A DNA stretch of 62,516 nucleotides, counting the filler. It is 6 parts of 6 records of this genome, joined end to end, with 100 filler letters (N's around TTAATTAATTAA, not from the genome) between each part and the next. Parts side by side here need not be neighbours in the genome. Positions count along the whole stretch, not along the records: positions 5,239 to 14,285 come from DRR723986_23465; positions 14,386 to 22,899 come from DRR723986_23473; 4 more parts are not named here. One strand, 5' to 3'. Each line of letters opens with the position of its first letter. Positions within the stretch are counted from its first letter, which is position 1. The notes beneath the pieces are model-generated. The model saw only the letters and a list, made by a program, of their open reading frames with translations, did no database searches and was not told the origin of the DNA. This document shows positions 9,751 to 20,113 of this stretch, piece by piece. The position numbers and the translations under genes are program-made.

Positions 9751-9867
9751 CGCGAAACAATTATTCACGCGGCAGCGTGGGCTGAAGCTCCGGCTTGGAA
9801 AACCCATTGGTGCAAGGTACCAAGTACTTGTACCATTATGCTGCGCGCAAAGCAGACCTTTCTCCGT

Positions 9868-10434
9868 ATGATCTCACGTATCGCACAACGCTACGGTCGC
9901 GCACTTTTCCTGGAAGCGCGTGGGCGCAAAGAACTCGACGCTGTCCAGGCTAATGCCGAGTTGATCGACCAGGTTTTTGCCCAGGAACCTCTGCTGAGTA
10001 CTTTCTTTGCAAGTCCGGTGGTTGATGACAATCGCAAGCTTGCCATATTAACGGAAACGTTTGGCAAAGCCGTTAAACCGTTGACGCTGCAGTTTTTGAA
10101 GCTGATGAACTCCAAAAATCGCGACGCCCAGATTCACGGGGCAATGCAAGCATTTAGCGAGCACTACCGCGAGCACAAAGGCATCGTGACTGCAGTTGTC
10201 ACTTCCGCTGTTGAGCTGGATGACACGCAGCGCAAAGCGATTGAGACCAAAGTACGTGAGCATACAGGCAAAGACGCCGTGCAGGCGAGCTATCGCACCG
10301 ATGCAAATTTGATCGGTGGATTCACCGTGCGCATCGGTTCGACGCTGCTGGATGGAAGCCTCAAACGCCAGATTGAACGCCTGCGCGTGCATCTGGAGTC
10401 CGGCAGCATAACCAACGGCGCCTCCGCGGCCTAA
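9868..10434 (+). CDS. atpH: F0F1 ATP synthase subunit delta
   Basis: IAQRYGRALF and DANLIGGFTVRIG..LLDGSL motifs. Confidence 0.93.
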   Translation: MISRIAQRYGRALFLEARGRKELDAVQANAELIDQVFAQEPLLSTFFASPVVDDNRKLAILTETFGKAVKPLTLQFLKLMNSKNRDAQIHGAMQAFSEHYREHKGIVTAVVTSAVELDDTQRKAIETKVREHTGKDAVQASYRTDANLIGGFTVRIGSTLLDGSLKRQIERLRVHLESGSITNGASAA

Positions 10435-10531
10435 AGTCTGTTAGCGGCATAACTCCCGACAGGGAGTCCGCTCGAAAACTTCTATCGAAAAAACTGAACT
10501 ACGATAATTCAAATCTTCAACGGGAACAGTC

Positions 10532-12085
10532 ATGAGTGACGTTCGTCCAGACGAAATTTCCTCGATTCTGCGTAAGCAGCTTGCGGGGTTCGAAAAGGAA
10601 GTCGAAGCATACGACGTCGGTACCGTCCTTCAGGTCGGTGACGGCGTTGCGCGTATTTACGGCCTGAACAATGCGATGGCTTCGGAGCTCCTCGAATTTC
10701 CTAACGGGGTTATCGGCATGGTGCTGAACCTCGAAGAGGATAATGTCGGTGCTATTCTTTTTGGTGACGACATCAAAATCAAGGAAGGTGATGAAGTACG
10801 GCGTACAGGTCGTGTGGCATCCGTTCCCGTTGGTGAAGCGTTGCTTGGCCGCGTAGTAAACCCACTGGGTGAAGCGTTGGATGGTGCCGGTCCTATCCCG
10901 ACCGACAAAATGCTGCCTGTGGAGCGTATCGCTCCCGGTGTTATGAAGCGCCAGCCGGTAGAAGAACCGCTGCAAACTGGTGTCAAAGCCATTGACGCTT
11001 TGATTCCAATTGGCCGTGGCCAGCGTGAGTTGATTATTGGTGACCGCCAGACGGGTAAAACTGTTGTGGCGCTTGACACCATTATCAACCAGCGTTATAC
11101 GCACACTCCCGAAGCTAAGGCTGCAGGCGTGGATCCGGTTTACTGTATCTACGTGGCCATCGGCCAGCGTGCTTCAACTGTAGCGAATGTGGTTAGCACG
11201 CTCAAAGATAATGGCGCGCTTGACTACACGATCATCGTTGCGGCCAACGCATCCGATCCGGCACCGCTGCAGTATATCGCACCATATTCAGGTGCTTCGA
11301 TGGGTGAATTTTTCCGCGACAGTGGCCGTCACGCCCTGATCGTTTATGATGATTTGTCCAAGCAGGCTGCCGCATACCGTCAGGTATCTCTGCTTCTGCG
11401 TCGCCCACCGGGCCGTGAAGCATATCCTGGTGACGTGTTTTATCTGCACAGCCGCTTGCTGGAACGCGCCGCTAAGCTCAGTGATGCTGAGGGCGCAGGT
11501 TCAATGACGGCCCTGCCGGTTATTGAAACACAGGCTGGTGACGTTTCGGCGTATATCCCAACCAACGTGATTTCGATTACCGACGGTCAGATTTACCTCG
11601 AATCCAACCTCTTTAACGCGAACATCCGTCCGGCGCTTAACGTCGGTATCTCGGTATCGCGTGTAGGTGGTGCGGCACAGATCAAAGCCATGCGCAAGAT
11701 TTCAGGTCCACTGAAACTCGACCTGGCTGTGTATCGCACACTTGAAGCTTTTGCCAAATTCGGTTCCGACCTGGACAAAACCACACAGCAGCAACTGCTG
11801 CGTGGTGCACGTCTTACGGAAATCCTGAAGCAGCAGCAGTACTCACCGGTTCCGGTTGAGGAGCAGGTTGTTATGATCTTTGCTGCAACTGAAGGATATC
11901 TGGATTCGCTGCCGGTTTCAAGTCTCAAGGAGTTTGAGATTAACTTCCTGGAACTGATGCGTGTGTCCCACAAAGATGCACTCAACGAGATCGTCGCCAA
12001 ACGTGCTGTTTCGGACGAACTCAAAGGCAGACTCAAGTCGATCCTTACCGATTTTGCTGGAGCATTTGCTTCGACGGTTGAGTGA
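10532..12085 (+). CDS. atpA: F0F1 ATP synthase subunit alpha
   Basis: GDRQTGKT Walker A and [25 protein letters not shown]. Confidence 0.98.
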   Translation: MSDVRPDEISSILRKQLAGFEKEVEAYDVGTVLQVGDGVARIYGLNNAMASELLEFPNGVIGMVLNLEEDNVGAILFGDDIKIKEGDEVRRTGRVASVPVGEALLGRVVNPLGEALDGAGPIPTDKMLPVERIAPGVMKRQPVEEPLQTGVKAIDALIPIGRGQRELIIGDRQTGKTVVALDTIINQRYTHTPEAKAAGVDPVYCIYVAIGQRASTVANVVSTLKDNGALDYTIIVAANASDPAPLQYIAPYSGASMGEFFRDSGRHALIVYDDLSKQAAAYRQVSLLLRRPPGREAYPGDVFYLHSRLLERAAKLSDAEGAGSMTALPVIETQAGDVSAYIPTNVISITDGQIYLESNLFNANIRPALNVGISVSRVGGAAQIKAMRKISGPLKLDLAVYRTLEAFAKFGSDLDKTTQQQLLRGARLTEILKQQQYSPVPVEEQVVMIFAATEGYLDSLPVSSLKEFEINFLELMRVSHKDALNEIVAKRAVSDELKGRLKSILTDFAGAFASTVE

Positions 12086-12219
12086 AACAGTTGAGGCGGT
12101 AAGCCCAAAGTTTGAAAGTTGTCATGCGCCACTCGTTTGAGTGGCGCCCTGCACTTTCGGTCTTGCTTCCGTGATTAACACACAATCGCTCGCTTCAAAA
12201 CAAGGATTCGCGTAAAGAA

Positions 12220-13185
12220 ATGATTGTACTGACAGGTGGTGCTGGTTTTATTGGTAGCTGTATGCTACGCAGGCTCAATGATGAGGGCATCGACAATGTA
12301 CTCGTTGTAGATGAGCTTAACCAGGACAGCAAGTGGAAAAACCTGGTCGGCAAACGTTTTGTCGATATCCTGCACAAAGATGACTTCCGTCTGCGGCTGA
12401 TGGCCGGTGAATACGACGGGTACATCGAGGGCATGTTTCACTTTGGCGCCTGCAGTTCAACAACTGAAACTGACGCGGACTACCTGCTTGACAACAATTA
12501 TGCGTACAGCCGCGATTTAGCTGAGTACGCCGTTGAACATGACATTCGCTTTATCTACGCCAGCAGTGCGGCAACGTACGGCAACGGCTCAAATGGATAT
12601 TCGGACGACAAGTTTGACAGTTTGGAGCCGCTTAACATGTACGGCTACTCCAAACACATTTTTGACCAGTGGGTACGCCGCCGCAAGTACGACGCGCGTT
12701 TTATTGGTCTGAAGTTCTTTAACGTTTTTGGTCCCAACGAATACCACAAAGCTGATATGGCTTCGCTGGTGTTTAAGGCTTACCATCAAATTCAGTCTAC
12801 CGGCAAGGTGCAGTTGTTTAAGTCCTATCGGGACGACTATGCCGACGGAGAGCAGAAGCGCGACTTTATTTACGTGGCTGACGCAGTTGAAGCTGTTTGG
12901 CGTTTTTGGAGTGATCCTTTAACAGCCGGCATCTACAACATCGGAACAGGCAAGGCGCGTTCCTGGAATGAATTGGTAAGCGCGGCATTTGCTGCTTTGG
13001 GGCTGGAAAAGAACATCGAATACATCGATATGCCGGTTAACCTGCGCGAGCAGTACCAGTATTTCACGCAGGCGGAAGTCGAGCGTTTGGATACGGTAAT
13101 TCCGGACCTCGAATTCCACTCGTTGGACGATGCGGTGGCCGACTACATTAACGGTTACCTGCATCCAACGCAACGGACATACTGA
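12220..13185 (+). CDS. hldD: ADP-L-glycero-D-manno-heptose 6-epimerase
   Basis: MIVLTGGAGFIGS, GACSSTTE, YASSAATYG, PLNMYGYSK and FFNVFGPNEYHK are RfaD/HldD signatures. Confidence 0.92.
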   Translation: MIVLTGGAGFIGSCMLRRLNDEGIDNVLVVDELNQDSKWKNLVGKRFVDILHKDDFRLRLMAGEYDGYIEGMFHFGACSSTTETDADYLLDNNYAYSRDLAEYAVEHDIRFIYASSAATYGNGSNGYSDDKFDSLEPLNMYGYSKHIFDQWVRRRKYDARFIGLKFFNVFGPNEYHKADMASLVFKAYHQIQSTGKVQLFKSYRDDYADGEQKRDFIYVADAVEAVWRFWSDPLTAGIYNIGTGKARSWNELVSAAFAALGLEKNIEYIDMPVNLREQYQYFTQAEVERLDTVIPDLEFHSLDDAVADYINGYLHPTQRTY

Positions 13186-13251
13186 GTTCGTACCGAAAAC
13201 ACGGATTACGACAACAGTCAGCTAACGGTCTAAATAGCGAGTATCAAGAGT

Positions 13252-14148
13252 ATGGCTACTCTACGCGAAATACGCACTCGAATTAAGAGTGTTAAAAACA
13301 TCATCAAGATTACCTCAGCCATGAAAATGGTGGCTGCGGCAAAGATGCGTCGTGCGCAGGATGCGATTACAGCTGCGCGGCCTTACGCACACAAGCTGGG
13401 GTCGATACTTGACTATCTGGTTGCGAACCTCGATGAGAAAACTGATCCGCTGCTCCAGGAGCGCGAGAAGGTTAACAACATCGCCCTGGTCGTGATTACA
13501 GCTGACCGTGGATTGTGCGGTGGTTTTAACAGTAACCTGCTGCGCCACGCAAACAATCATATCAGCAAAGAATTAAACAAAGAGTACCCTAAAGCCAAGG
13601 TGCATCTTATTCCTGTCGGTACCCGTGCTGTTGGTTTTTACAAGGCGCGCACAGAAGAGTACACGATTGACAAATCCTTCCCCGGTCTGTTTAACGGACT
13701 CGAGTTTAACGACGCCGTTGAAATCTCACGACTGGTGACTGATGGCTTTTTGGTCGAAAAGTACGACAAAGTTCAGATCATCTTTAACGAAGCCGTGTCG
13801 TCTGTTAAACAAACGCCGGTAGTGCGTGACTTCCTGCCGATTGTGCCTTCTGCCGACGCTGTAGAGCAGGCACAGGAGTCCAACGTCGATTACATCGTTG
13901 AGCCGTCGCTGGGTGACCTTCTCGCCGCCTTGCTGCCTAAACACCTTAACATGCAGGTTTGGAGCTCATTGCTTGAGTCGAACGCCGCTGAGCATGCTGC
14001 GCGGATGTTGGCGATGGATAATGCTACGAACAACGCTCGTGACCTTAATCGCGATCTTGAGTTGCATTACAATAAAGCACGTCAAGCTGCGATTACAACA
14101 GAGATTCTGGAGATTGTTTCCGGTGCGGAAGCCATCAAAGGCGGTTAA
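13252..14148 (+). CDS. atpG: F0F1 ATP synthase subunit gamma
   Basis: KITSAMKMVAAAK, ADRGLCGGFN and RQAAITTEILEIVSGA. Confidence 0.97.
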   Translation: MATLREIRTRIKSVKNIIKITSAMKMVAAAKMRRAQDAITAARPYAHKLGSILDYLVANLDEKTDPLLQEREKVNNIALVVITADRGLCGGFNSNLLRHANNHISKELNKEYPKAKVHLIPVGTRAVGFYKARTEEYTIDKSFPGLFNGLEFNDAVEISRLVTDGFLVEKYDKVQIIFNEAVSSVKQTPVVRDFLPIVPSADAVEQAQESNVDYIVEPSLGDLLAALLPKHLNMQVWSSLLESNAAEHAARMLAMDNATNNARDLNRDLELHYNKARQAAITTEILEIVSGAEAIKGG

Positions 14149-14238
14149 TCTGAAAAACTTTGTTTGACGGTGCAGATTCTTCTTGCAGATCAAGTCAACA
14201 CGTTGTATTTTCGTGTCGCTTTTGAAAGAAAGTATGTG

Positions 14239-14285
14239 GCCACAATAGCTCAGTTGGTAGAGCAGCTGATTTGTAATCAGCCGGT
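14239..14285 (+). tRNA. tRNA-Thr(UGU), 5' part, truncated by the spacer
   Basis: GCCACAATAGCTCAGTTGGTAGAGCAGCTGATTTGTAATCAGCCGGT contains the D-arm and the anticodon stem CTGAT-TTGTAA-TCAG. Confidence 0.9.
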
Positions 14286-14385
14286 NNNNNNNNNNNNNNN
14301 NNNNNNNNNNNNNNNNNNNNNNNNNNNNNTTAATTAATTAANNNNNNNNNNNNNNNNNNNNNNNNNNNNNNNNNNNNNNNNNNNN
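14286..14385. other. Artificial contig spacer
   Basis: N44-TTAATTAATTAA-N44. Confidence 0.97.
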
Positions 14386-15975
14386 CACCGGAATACGAAT
14401 GGTGCGCGCCTGATCGGCGATAGAGCGCGTGATTGCCTGCCTGATCCACCATGTGGCGTAAGTAGAGAATTTATACCCTCGGCGGTATTCAAACTTATCC
14501 ACCGCTTTCATCAAGCCAATGTTACCTTCTTGAATCAAATCAAGGAACTGCAAGCCGCGGTTAGTATATTTTTTCGCAATAGAAATCACCAAACGAAGGT
14601 TGGCTTCCACCATTTCTTTTTTGGCAATACGCGCTTCTTTTTCGCCTTTTTGAACCGTGCGAACAATAACCCGAAATTCATTCACATGCAGGCCTGAGCG
14701 GTTAACTAGCTCGCCGATCTGATCGCGAATATTGACAATGGCAACGCGCTCCGTTTCCACGAAGGATGACCAGCCACGACCCTTGAGTTTGCCCACACGG
14801 TCAATCCAGTCATCTTCCAGTTCGTTGCCTTGAAATTCGTCAAGGAAAGACAGCCTGCTCACCTTGTGCGATTCCGCCAAACGCAGCAAACGGCCTGACA
14901 ATGTCATCAGGCGCTTGTTCAAACCATACAGTTCATCAACCAATTCTTCGATGCGCAGGTTATTAAATTTCACCGAACTGATAAAATCGATCAACTCGTC
15001 ATTCAGCTTTTTAAAGCGGCGCTCTTGTGCAGTTGACAAGGTCTCGCTTTGTACCGCTGCGGCCAGACGCATGTCTTGCAACTTGGTATATTTTTTATAC
15101 GTCGACGTGATTTTCTGAAATTTTTCAATGGTTTCGGGCGTTAAATGCTCTTCCATCGCTGACAAAGACATGGCAACTTCGTCATCATAATCATCGTCAT
15201 CTTCTTTAGAGGCTTCGGCCCCTTCCGCATTTTCTGCGCCGTCAGCAGAAGCATCACCTTCTGTTGTTGCAGCCCCGTCGCTATTGTCATTATCCGCCGT
15301 TGCAGTCTCTGCATCAACGCTGCTATCGTCGTCTGCGCCTTCTTTTTTCTTGGCCTCCTCAAGCACATCACCGGCATTTTCTTTATTAAGCTCTTCAGCG
15401 GTCGGCTGTTTGCCAATTGTGGCTTCCAAGTCAATAATATCGCGCAGCTGCATTTCTTCATTCTCAAGGCGCTGCGCCCATTCAGTGATAGCTTTAAATG
15501 TTAGCGGGCTCATACACAGGCCAGTGATCATCTGCGCACGACCTGCTTCAATCCGCTTGGCAATGGCGATCTCGCCTTCACGCGACAAAAGCTCCACCGA
15601 ACCCATTTCGCGCAAATACATCCGAACTGGATCATCGGTGCGGTCATTGGCTTCTTTTTTATCGGTGGTTTTAAATTCTTCTTTTTCAGCCTCAGGGCTG
15701 GCTGCAGGTTCCGCTGCTTCTTCCGACTCCTCGTCAGCTTCAACCACGTTAATGCCCATTTCAGACAACATGGTCATGACATCTTCGATTTTCTCAGAAG
15801 ACATTTCTTCGGTCGGCAAAGCCGCGTTCACTTCATCATAGCTGATGTAGCCGCGGTCTTTCGCCTTTGCGATCATTTTTTTAACAGCTGCTTCGGTCAG
15901 ATCAACGCGAGGACCATCGCCCGAGTCTTCCGTATCCGGTCTGCTGTTTTCTTCCTGAGTCGCTTTGGTTGCCAT
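14386..15975 (-). CDS. rpoD: RNA polymerase sigma-70 factor RpoD (3'-truncated)
   Basis: [43 protein letters not shown] and [31 protein letters not shown] before ATG 15975. Confidence 0.97.
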
Positions 15976-16019
15976 GTGATTTCTACTCCAGAACTGCTGC
16001 GAATCGCAGTAATAGCACA

Positions 16020-17930
16020 TTAATTAAAAGAAAACCTGCCTGATTCGAGCCGATATCCGTCTTTATCGGCTTCTTTTTCGTCCAGCGCCCTATATGCTGC
16101 CTGTGCAGCCACAAATCGCTGATGATTTTCGTCCGTCATATCAGCCGCATAATCTGCCTCAGCCTGCAAATAAGCTGTGCGCGCTGCCGTTATATGCTGG
16201 TAGCGCGACATCAAATGCTCAAAACCGGTCAATGCATCTGAAAGCGCGGCCTCTGGCCACGCGAACCAGTCACCCTTAAGCGCTCCGTCTGCTGCCATTT
16301 TCCGCACTGTGTCCATATGCCCAGTAGCCTCTAAATGGGCATGCACAGCCTCGCGGTCAAGGGTGTCACCAAACGCGGCTTTTTCTACTAGGGCTCTGCA
16401 CAGGCCGTCAAGCCCAGGCACCGTAAATTCAAGTCCGGCGACTTCCTCTTCATAGCGCACTAAAATTTCCGGGTGACTTGCCAGCGTGAACACCAGCAAC
16501 TTTTCAATCGTATCTGTTATGGCCAGCCCGCCACGACCGCGGCCCAACCGGGTTTTAGACAGAAGCCCTGTCGCAGGGGCCAAACGTTTTCTACCGCCCG
16601 GTGTGAAAGGCTGATTGCGGCTATATTTGCCACCCGTAGAGCGCTGGTCGCGCTGGTTGTTTGGCCGGAATTGCTGAAAAAGACGATCGCGAAATTCGCG
16701 TTGATATAGCCCTTTAACATTTTCGTCCTGAATTTCAGCCAACCGCCCAAAAATTTTCTTCTCCAGGCCCGCCCGGCGCTCAGGCGTGTCAGCGAGAACA
16801 CCCGTGGTCAGGTTAGACCACAAAACGCTCACCAGCGGATCAGCTTTGTCGATGAGCTGTTCAATGGCGGCTTTGCCCTCGCGCTGAACAAGGCTATCGG
16901 GGTCATCACCGTCTGGCATCATCATAAAGCGCAGCGATTTCCCGGGGCGCAGTATGGGCAATGCCCGCTCAACTGCCCTGCCCGCAGCACGCTGCCCAGC
17001 ATTGTCGCCGTCAAACGACAAAATGGGCTCATCTGCCATTTGCCACAGGTGCGATATTTGCTCTTCGGTTAGCGCTGTTCCTAACGGGGCGACGGCATAT
17101 TCAATACCAGCCTGCGCCAATGCGATAACGTCCATATACCCTTCAACCACCATCACCTGACCAGCGTCATAACTGGCCGCGCGGGCATTGGCCCAATTAT
17201 ATAAAGTTGCCCCCTTGTGGAACAGGCTGGTTTCCGGACTGTTCAAATATTTGGCTTTGGCATTTTTAGAGAGCGCACGGCCACCAAAAGCAATCACCCG
17301 GCCTTGCCGGTCTGTGATCGGGAACATCAACCTATCGCGAAACCTGTCATACGATGGTCCGCCGCCTTCTGGCTTGATCAGCATGCCGGTTTCAATGAGT
17401 TGGTCTTCGCCGATGTCACGCGCGATCATGGAATCTTTTAGCGCGCTTCTGGAAGAAGGCGCATACCCCATACCAAAACGCTCAAGTGTCTCATCGGTTA
17501 AACCACGCCCCTTGATATAGTCATACGCACCCCGACCGGCCTGCGTTTTAAGCTGCGCCTGGTACCATGTGCTAACCGCTTCCATGACCTCGGCCAGGCT
17601 GGCGCTTTCTTTCTGGCGTTCAATTTCTTCGCGTGAAGGTTTGGGCACATCCATGCCCACCTCAGCCGCCAGCACCTCAACCGCTTCAGGGAAGGTCATG
17701 CCCTGGGTTTTCATGACGAAATCAAGCACGCTGCCGTGCTCGCCGCAACCAAAGCAGTGGTAGAAACCTTTTTGGTCATTCACGGTGAACGACGGGGTTT
17801 TCTCGCTATGGAAAGGGCATAGGCCCGTACTTTCGCGCCCGCGACGAATAAGCTTCACCTGCCGCCCAACCACGTCAGACAGGGTGAAGCGATGCTTCAA
17901 TTCATCTAAAAATTGCGGGCTTAACGCCAT
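16020..17930 (-). CDS. dnaG: DNA primase
   Basis: [15 protein letters not shown] Zn finger, [14 protein letters not shown] and FDGDNAG TOPRIM motifs. Confidence 0.97.
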   Translation of the reverse strand: MALSPQFLDELKHRFTLSDVVGRQVKLIRRGRESTGLCPFHSEKTPSFTVNDQKGFYHCFGCGEHGSVLDFVMKTQGMTFPEAVEVLAAEVGMDVPKPSREEIERQKESASLAEVMEAVSTWYQAQLKTQAGRGAYDYIKGRGLTDETLERFGMGYAPSSRSALKDSMIARDIGEDQLIETGMLIKPEGGGPSYDRFRDRLMFPITDRQGRVIAFGGRALSKNAKAKYLNSPETSLFHKGATLYNWANARAASYDAGQVMVVEGYMDVIALAQAGIEYAVAPLGTALTEEQISHLWQMADEPILSFDGDNAGQRAAGRAVERALPILRPGKSLRFMMMPDGDDPDSLVQREGKAAIEQLIDKADPLVSVLWSNLTTGVLADTPERRAGLEKKIFGRLAEIQDENVKGLYQREFRDRLFQQFRPNNQRDQRSTGGKYSRNQPFTPGGRKRLAPATGLLSKTRLGRGRGGLAITDTIEKLLVFTLASHPEILVRYEEEVAGLEFTVPGLDGLCRALVEKAAFGDTLDREAVHAHLEATGHMDTVRKMAADGALKGDWFAWPEAALSDALTGFEHLMSRYQHITAARTAYLQAEADYAADMTDENHQRFVAAQAAYRALDEKEADKDGYRLESGRFSFN

Positions 17931-18071
17931 GCCAGTTTTCTCAAAAAATTGGAATCTTGAATATCGATTATAGGATATTTCCTAAGCCTAACAACTTTTG
18001 TTGTTAAATATAATAGGATTTAACCTGCACGCCAAAAATCAAATTTGAGAAGGGTTGTTTTAGGTATTCAT

Positions 18072-18968
18072 TCACCCGAACCAATCAGGGTGTTTTTGGC
18101 GCATATCCATTGCCTCGCTGGTCATCCATTCTGTGAAAACGCGCACTTTCTCTGGCGGGCTTTTTTCAGCTGTATCTATGTAATATTCAAACCCTGTGTC
18201 ATAGGGTTTACCGCAAATATAATTTAACCGGCCTGAATATATAGAATCTGCGGCAATGACCGGCGGCGCAAGGGCGACACCCCCGCCTGCGATTGCCGCC
18301 TGAACAAGCAAACCCGAATGGCTATAGTCTGTGGCAATTTCCGGGTGCTGAATATCCAGCCCATTGAGATCAAACCATTCATCCCAAAGGTTTGCATGCA
18401 AATGCGCCAGCAAACGATATTCAAGGGCGTCTTCAATATTTATTCTCTCGTCGGCGGCAATAGAGGGCGCATAAACCGGCATAAAGGTTTCCGGCAGCAA
18501 TATCTGCGCGCCAGCTGGTGCCGTGCCAATGCGAATGGCAAGGTCCATTCCTTCTGTTCTCAAATCAAGTCGTTGATCATCTGCATTGATACGAACGTCA
18601 ATTTCCGGGTGCTTCAGGCTAAAACCCGGCAACCGAGGAATAAGCCAATGAATGGCAAACGACTGGTAGGTGGTCAGCCGCAAAATATGCGGGTCATTTT
18701 TCTGGCCCAACTCATTAATTGTTGTCTCCAGGGTTTGGATGGACGCACGCACAGAGGCCGCCAATGTGCGACCCGCCGATGTTAAGGCAATTTCACGGGG
18801 CTTGCGTACAAACAAGGTTAAGCCAAGCTGTTCTTCAAGTGCTTTCACTTGCTGACTAACCGCAGACTGTGTGCGCCCCAATTCCTTCGCCGCTAAAGTC
18901 AGGCTGCCGTGGCGCGCCGCCGCGTCAAACGCCAACAACCCCGAGAATGTTCGCAGCTTATACACCAT
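18072..18968 (-). CDS. LysR-family transcriptional regulator (GcvA-like)
   Basis: FDAAARHGSLTLAAKELGRTQSAVSQQVKALE HTH and WLIPRLPGF..HPEIDV. Confidence 0.92.
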   Translation of the reverse strand: MVYKLRTFSGLLAFDAAARHGSLTLAAKELGRTQSAVSQQVKALEEQLGLTLFVRKPREIALTSAGRTLAASVRASIQTLETTINELGQKNDPHILRLTTYQSFAIHWLIPRLPGFSLKHPEIDVRINADDQRLDLRTEGMDLAIRIGTAPAGAQILLPETFMPVYAPSIAADERINIEDALEYRLLAHLHANLWDEWFDLNGLDIQHPEIATDYSHSGLLVQAAIAGGGVALAPPVIAADSIYSGRLNYICGKPYDTGFEYYIDTAEKSPPEKVRVFTEWMTSEAMDMRQKHPDWFG

Positions 18969-19068
18969 TTATTCCTTAATTTATCTAAGTCTTAGCTTCA
19001 ACATTACGAATTTGTATGCGCGCTGTAAAGCCGACATATTAACGGCATTGGCATAAGAGGGTGAAGTT

Positions 19069-19263
19069 ATGAACAAGAAAAATTTAACAATAATTGATAA
19101 TCGCAGTTTTTTGGCCCGTCTGACAATTCTCCTGGCACCGCAAGATGATCTTGCGGCCTACACAGCGCGAGAAATTATCAGAAACCAGAAGAAAATAGGC
19201 GAACATGCAGAAGTAACAGTAACAGGGAAAGACCGCGCAGCACGTTTTCTTGGCAGTATTTAA
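19069..19263 (+). CDS. Small hypothetical protein divergent from the LysR gene
   Basis: 64-aa ORF with a GAGGG RBS, followed by the hairpin GCCAAG..CTTGGC. Confidence 0.55.
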   Translation: MNKKNLTIIDNRSFLARLTILLAPQDDLAAYTAREIIRNQKKIGEHAEVTVTGKDRAARFLGSI

Positions 19264-19359
19264 ATGAGAACACCAAGAGAGCGCGTAATACACTGTTAGC
19301 AAGCACGCGAAAGCCAAGCCGTAAGACTTGGCGGAAAATAGCTAATCAACCTTGAGGGT

Positions 19360-19815
19360 TTAACTTAGCATACCCTTAATGGTAACGCTGGCTTTGGCGA
19401 AATCCATCTGGCCAGCATATTTGGCTTTGAGCGCGCCCATGCAGCGGCCAATGTCCTTCAGGCCTTCTGCGCCAAGCTCAGCAACAACAGCTTCACAAGC
19501 CGCCTTTATCTCAGCGTCGGTCATCTGCTTGGGCAGAAACTCTTGAATGATGGCAATCTCTTCGCGCTCACTTTCAGCAAGTTCGCAGCGGCCACCTTCT
19601 TCATAAGCCTTGATGCTGTCATTACGCTGCTTAACCATTTTGGACAGAATGTCCGTAATGATAGCATCATCATCGCGGTCACTTGCATCTGTACCGCGCA
19701 TGTCGATGTCTTTTTCTTTGATAGCAGCCAGTATAAGCCGCACTGTTGAAAGCTTGCGCTTTTCTTTAGCGCGCATCGCCTCTTTCATTGACGCCGTCAA
19801 ATCGTCCCTAAGCAT
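19360..19815 (-). CDS. yqeY: GatB/YqeY domain protein
   Basis: LSTVRLILAAIK..MVKQRNDSI..YEEGGR.ELA..E..EI..I..FLPKQM. Usual neighbour of dnaG and carA. Confidence 0.9.
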   Translation of the reverse strand: MLRDDLTASMKEAMRAKEKRKLSTVRLILAAIKEKDIDMRGTDASDRDDDAIITDILSKMVKQRNDSIKAYEEGGRCELAESEREEIAIIQEFLPKQMTDAEIKAACEAVVAELGAEGLKDIGRCMGALKAKYAGQMDFAKASVTIKGMLS

Positions 19816-19937
19816 GTCGTCCACCCCAATACAACGAGTCGGAAACCACCATACTATAACGAGTCGGGTTTCAGATCAAACGAGAAATTTCTTTTTAAGT
19901 CATTGTTTTTATTCGATATTTTAATTTTTTGTTTTTC

Positions 19938-19966
19938 TTGACCCCCAAAGGCCTTTTGACTATGTT
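19938..19966 (+). promoter_or_regulatory. Putative sigma-70 promoter of carA
   Basis: TTGACC-N17-TATGTT preceded by a T-rich tract. Confidence 0.45.
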
Positions 19967-20113
19967 CCGGTCAATTTGGCCACCGACAAGCTGACTGACC
20001 GTCCCAAGTTCACAGCGGGACAATAAGACGCAAACCAAAGCTGAAACAACGGTTTGCGCAGGGGAAAGTCGCGAAAAGCGGGCCAGCCAACTGATAGCTT
20101 AAGGATTGTGCAT

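Noticed and set aside
7132..14148. N-type or Na+-translocating ATPase
   Set aside because: atpH is present, the order is the standard B-E-F-H-A-G, and subunit c has EGVALF with no Na+-binding signature.
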